In this document: positions 62,598 to 64,000 of the stretch, piece after piece
How the letters are laid out: each line of letters begins with the position of its first letter
How positions within the stretch are numbered: position 1 is the stretch's first letter
From: an uncultured Acidimicrobiia bacterium
GTDB taxonomy: Bacteria; Actinomycetota; Acidimicrobiia; Spongiisociales; UBA11373
Reading direction: 5' to 3'
DNA length: 64,000 nucleotides
NCBI GenBank assembly: GCA_964633975.1
Contig: CAZWKX010000003.1
Location: 20,765-84,764 of the forward strand
Notes under the pieces: generated by a model
What the model was told of the DNA's origin: nothing
Databases searched by the model: none
Seen by the model: the letters and a program-made list of their open reading frames with translations, nothing else
Made by a program: the position numbers and the translations under genes

Positions 62598-63893
62598 ATG
62601 GAGACGAGAGCACAACGTCGGACTGTGCTGGGGGTCGGCTTTGCCGGCGCCGGTGTCTGCGCGCTCGTTGGTCTGTTCCTGGTACAGGCTGTTCCCGAGC
62701 CGCTTTGGCTTTGGGCTCTGTTCGCCGTCTTTTTTGTCGCTCTCGACTATTCAGCCGTGGAGGTCAACGACCGCCTGTTCGTGTCCTCGGCGGTGATGGT
62801 TGCGTTTGCAGGAGCGGTCGTCTTTGGACGGGAGAGCGCCGTCCTCGCCGCGGTGCTCATGGTTGTGCCCTCGATTCTGCATCCTCAGGACCTGAAGCGG
62901 CGACAGTGGGCGCTGGCCCTCGCCAACTTCGGCCAGTTCGTCGTGTCGATGACACTCGCCGTCACCGTCTTCTCGCTCTTCCTGCCCGAAGGCGACATCA
63001 CGCGAGGCGACCTTCCGCTGATCATCGCCGGGGCCGCTGTGGCCGCCATCGTCTACGACTGGCTCAGCTTCCGCATCGTTGCCATCGCCACCCGCGTCCT
63101 GTACCCGGAGAGGGAGGTGCGGCCCTGGACTCAGCTGCTGCCCAATCATCTCGCTCTGTCCGTGCTCGCCGTGCTCGGGGCAGTGCTCGGCGTCGCCTAT
63201 CTGATCGTCGGTGCCGTCATCCTTCCGATCGGGGTCTTCTCCTTTGGCGTCGGGCAGGTCGCCTTCGCCAGCTATGCCAAGCTCAGGGAAGCGCACGAGG
63301 CGACGATTCGCGGCGTGGTCAAGGCGGTGGAGGCGCTCGACCCGTACACGCGCGGCCACAGCGAGCGGGTTGCCTACTTCATCGACATCGCCGCCGCCGA
63401 GCTCGATCTGGCTCCGGAACGGGTGCAGCGGCTGCGATGGGCGGCGCTCATCCACGGCATGGGAAGGGTGGCGGTGCCTCCAGCGCTGCTGCGTGCCGAA
63501 TCGCGGCTCACCGCGGACGAGAACGCCAGGGTGGAGCGCCACATGCGTGTTGTGGAGGAGCTGCTTGCCGACGTGCAGTTCCTGGCCCCCATGGTGGAGA
63601 TCGTCGCCGGTAGCCGTACGCTGGCCGAGCGTCCCGACGCAGCACTCGAGGAGAGGCTCTTCGCCGCCGCCGATAGATTCGACACCTTGACCACGGCCCG
63701 CTCGTACCGGGCTGCGGTGACCCAGGCCGAGGCGTTCGACGAGCTGCGGCAGCGAGCCGATGAATTCGGCTCCGACCTGGTCGAGGCCCTCATCGGGGCC
63801 ATCACCGGACGCGGCGAGGTATACGGGTCTCCCGATGAAGCTAGCGCAGCCGAGGTGGAACGGCTGGTGAGAGAAAGGGCGATGCGTGCCTAG
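62598..63893 (+). CDS. Polytopic membrane protein with C-terminal degenerate HD(-GYP-like) domain
   Basis: The ATG at 62598 has a poor RBS, so the start is uncertain. There are about 7 TM helices. The HD-type domain has HSERVAYF, but the HD dyad reads ALIHGMGRV (His-Gly). No GYP motif is present. The FDTLTTARSYR block is retained. Confidence 0.65.
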   Translation: METRAQRRTVLGVGFAGAGVCALVGLFLVQAVPEPLWLWALFAVFFVALDYSAVEVNDRLFVSSAVMVAFAGAVVFGRESAVLAAVLMVVPSILHPQDLKRRQWALALANFGQFVVSMTLAVTVFSLFLPEGDITRGDLPLIIAGAAVAAIVYDWLSFRIVAIATRVLYPEREVRPWTQLLPNHLALSVLAVLGAVLGVAYLIVGAVILPIGVFSFGVGQVAFASYAKLREAHEATIRGVVKAVEALDPYTRGHSERVAYFIDIAAAELDLAPERVQRLRWAALIHGMGRVAVPPALLRAESRLTADENARVERHMRVVEELLADVQFLAPMVEIVAGSRTLAERPDAALEERLFAAADRFDTLTTARSYRAAVTQAEAFDELRQRADEFGSDLVEALIGAITGRGEVYGSPDEASAAEVERLVRERAMRA

Positions 63894-64000
63894 CAGAACC
63901 CTGCTCCGTTTGACCGTTCTGGCCGGATTGCCGGTGGCGGGCGTTGTCGTGGCCGTGCTTCGGGACGACCTCTCTGTGGTTCTTGTCATCGCAGCGGCCT

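Noticed and set aside
63886-64000. A possible GTG-initiated membrane-protein gene starting at 63886 and running off the window (VPSRTLLRLTVLAGLPVAGVVVAVL...)
   Set aside because: Only about 38 codons are visible, with no RBS and no motif. It is plausible, but the evidence in this window is too thin to call.

Overview
This is a visibly GC-rich, actinobacterial-type chromosomal segment. That assignment is an inference from codon bias, ATGA/TGATG gene overlaps, leaderless-style promoters and LPXTG/LCP/VanW envelope genes. I found no rRNA, complete tRNA, CRISPR array, integrase or transposase. The core (about 17.4-39.9 kb) is amino-acid biosynthesis: metY and metX-lysA (divergent), cimA-metH-MTHFR-like, ilvBNC-leuABCD-ilvE, and a DAHP synthase/chorismate mutase fusion with pheA. 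The left part (0-16.3 kb) is accessory and envelope-related. It holds an OmpR/HK pair, an acidic secreted repeat protein, a tRNA-fMet 3' fragment, a vWA-SGNH-RTX giant protein, a GT2-sulfotransferase-flippase-decarboxylase-epimerase cluster, lipoproteins and HtrA. The right part (40-64 kb) holds a HEAT-repeat/HD-GYP operon, a truncated decarboxylase, LCP, malic enzyme, an LPXTG protein, a beta-helix/P-loop/FolE operon, a divergent toroid/membrane/ALDH operon, VanW, a FetAB-like exporter, Bcp, RlmN, and a second, degenerate HD-domain membrane protein preceded by about 430 nt of structured non-coding DNA. The best-supported non-obvious signals are three promoter + leader-peptide + terminator attenuators with shared architecture, upstream of cimA, ilvB and the DAHPS-CM/pheA operon. 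All product calls come from motif recognition by eye. No database search was run.
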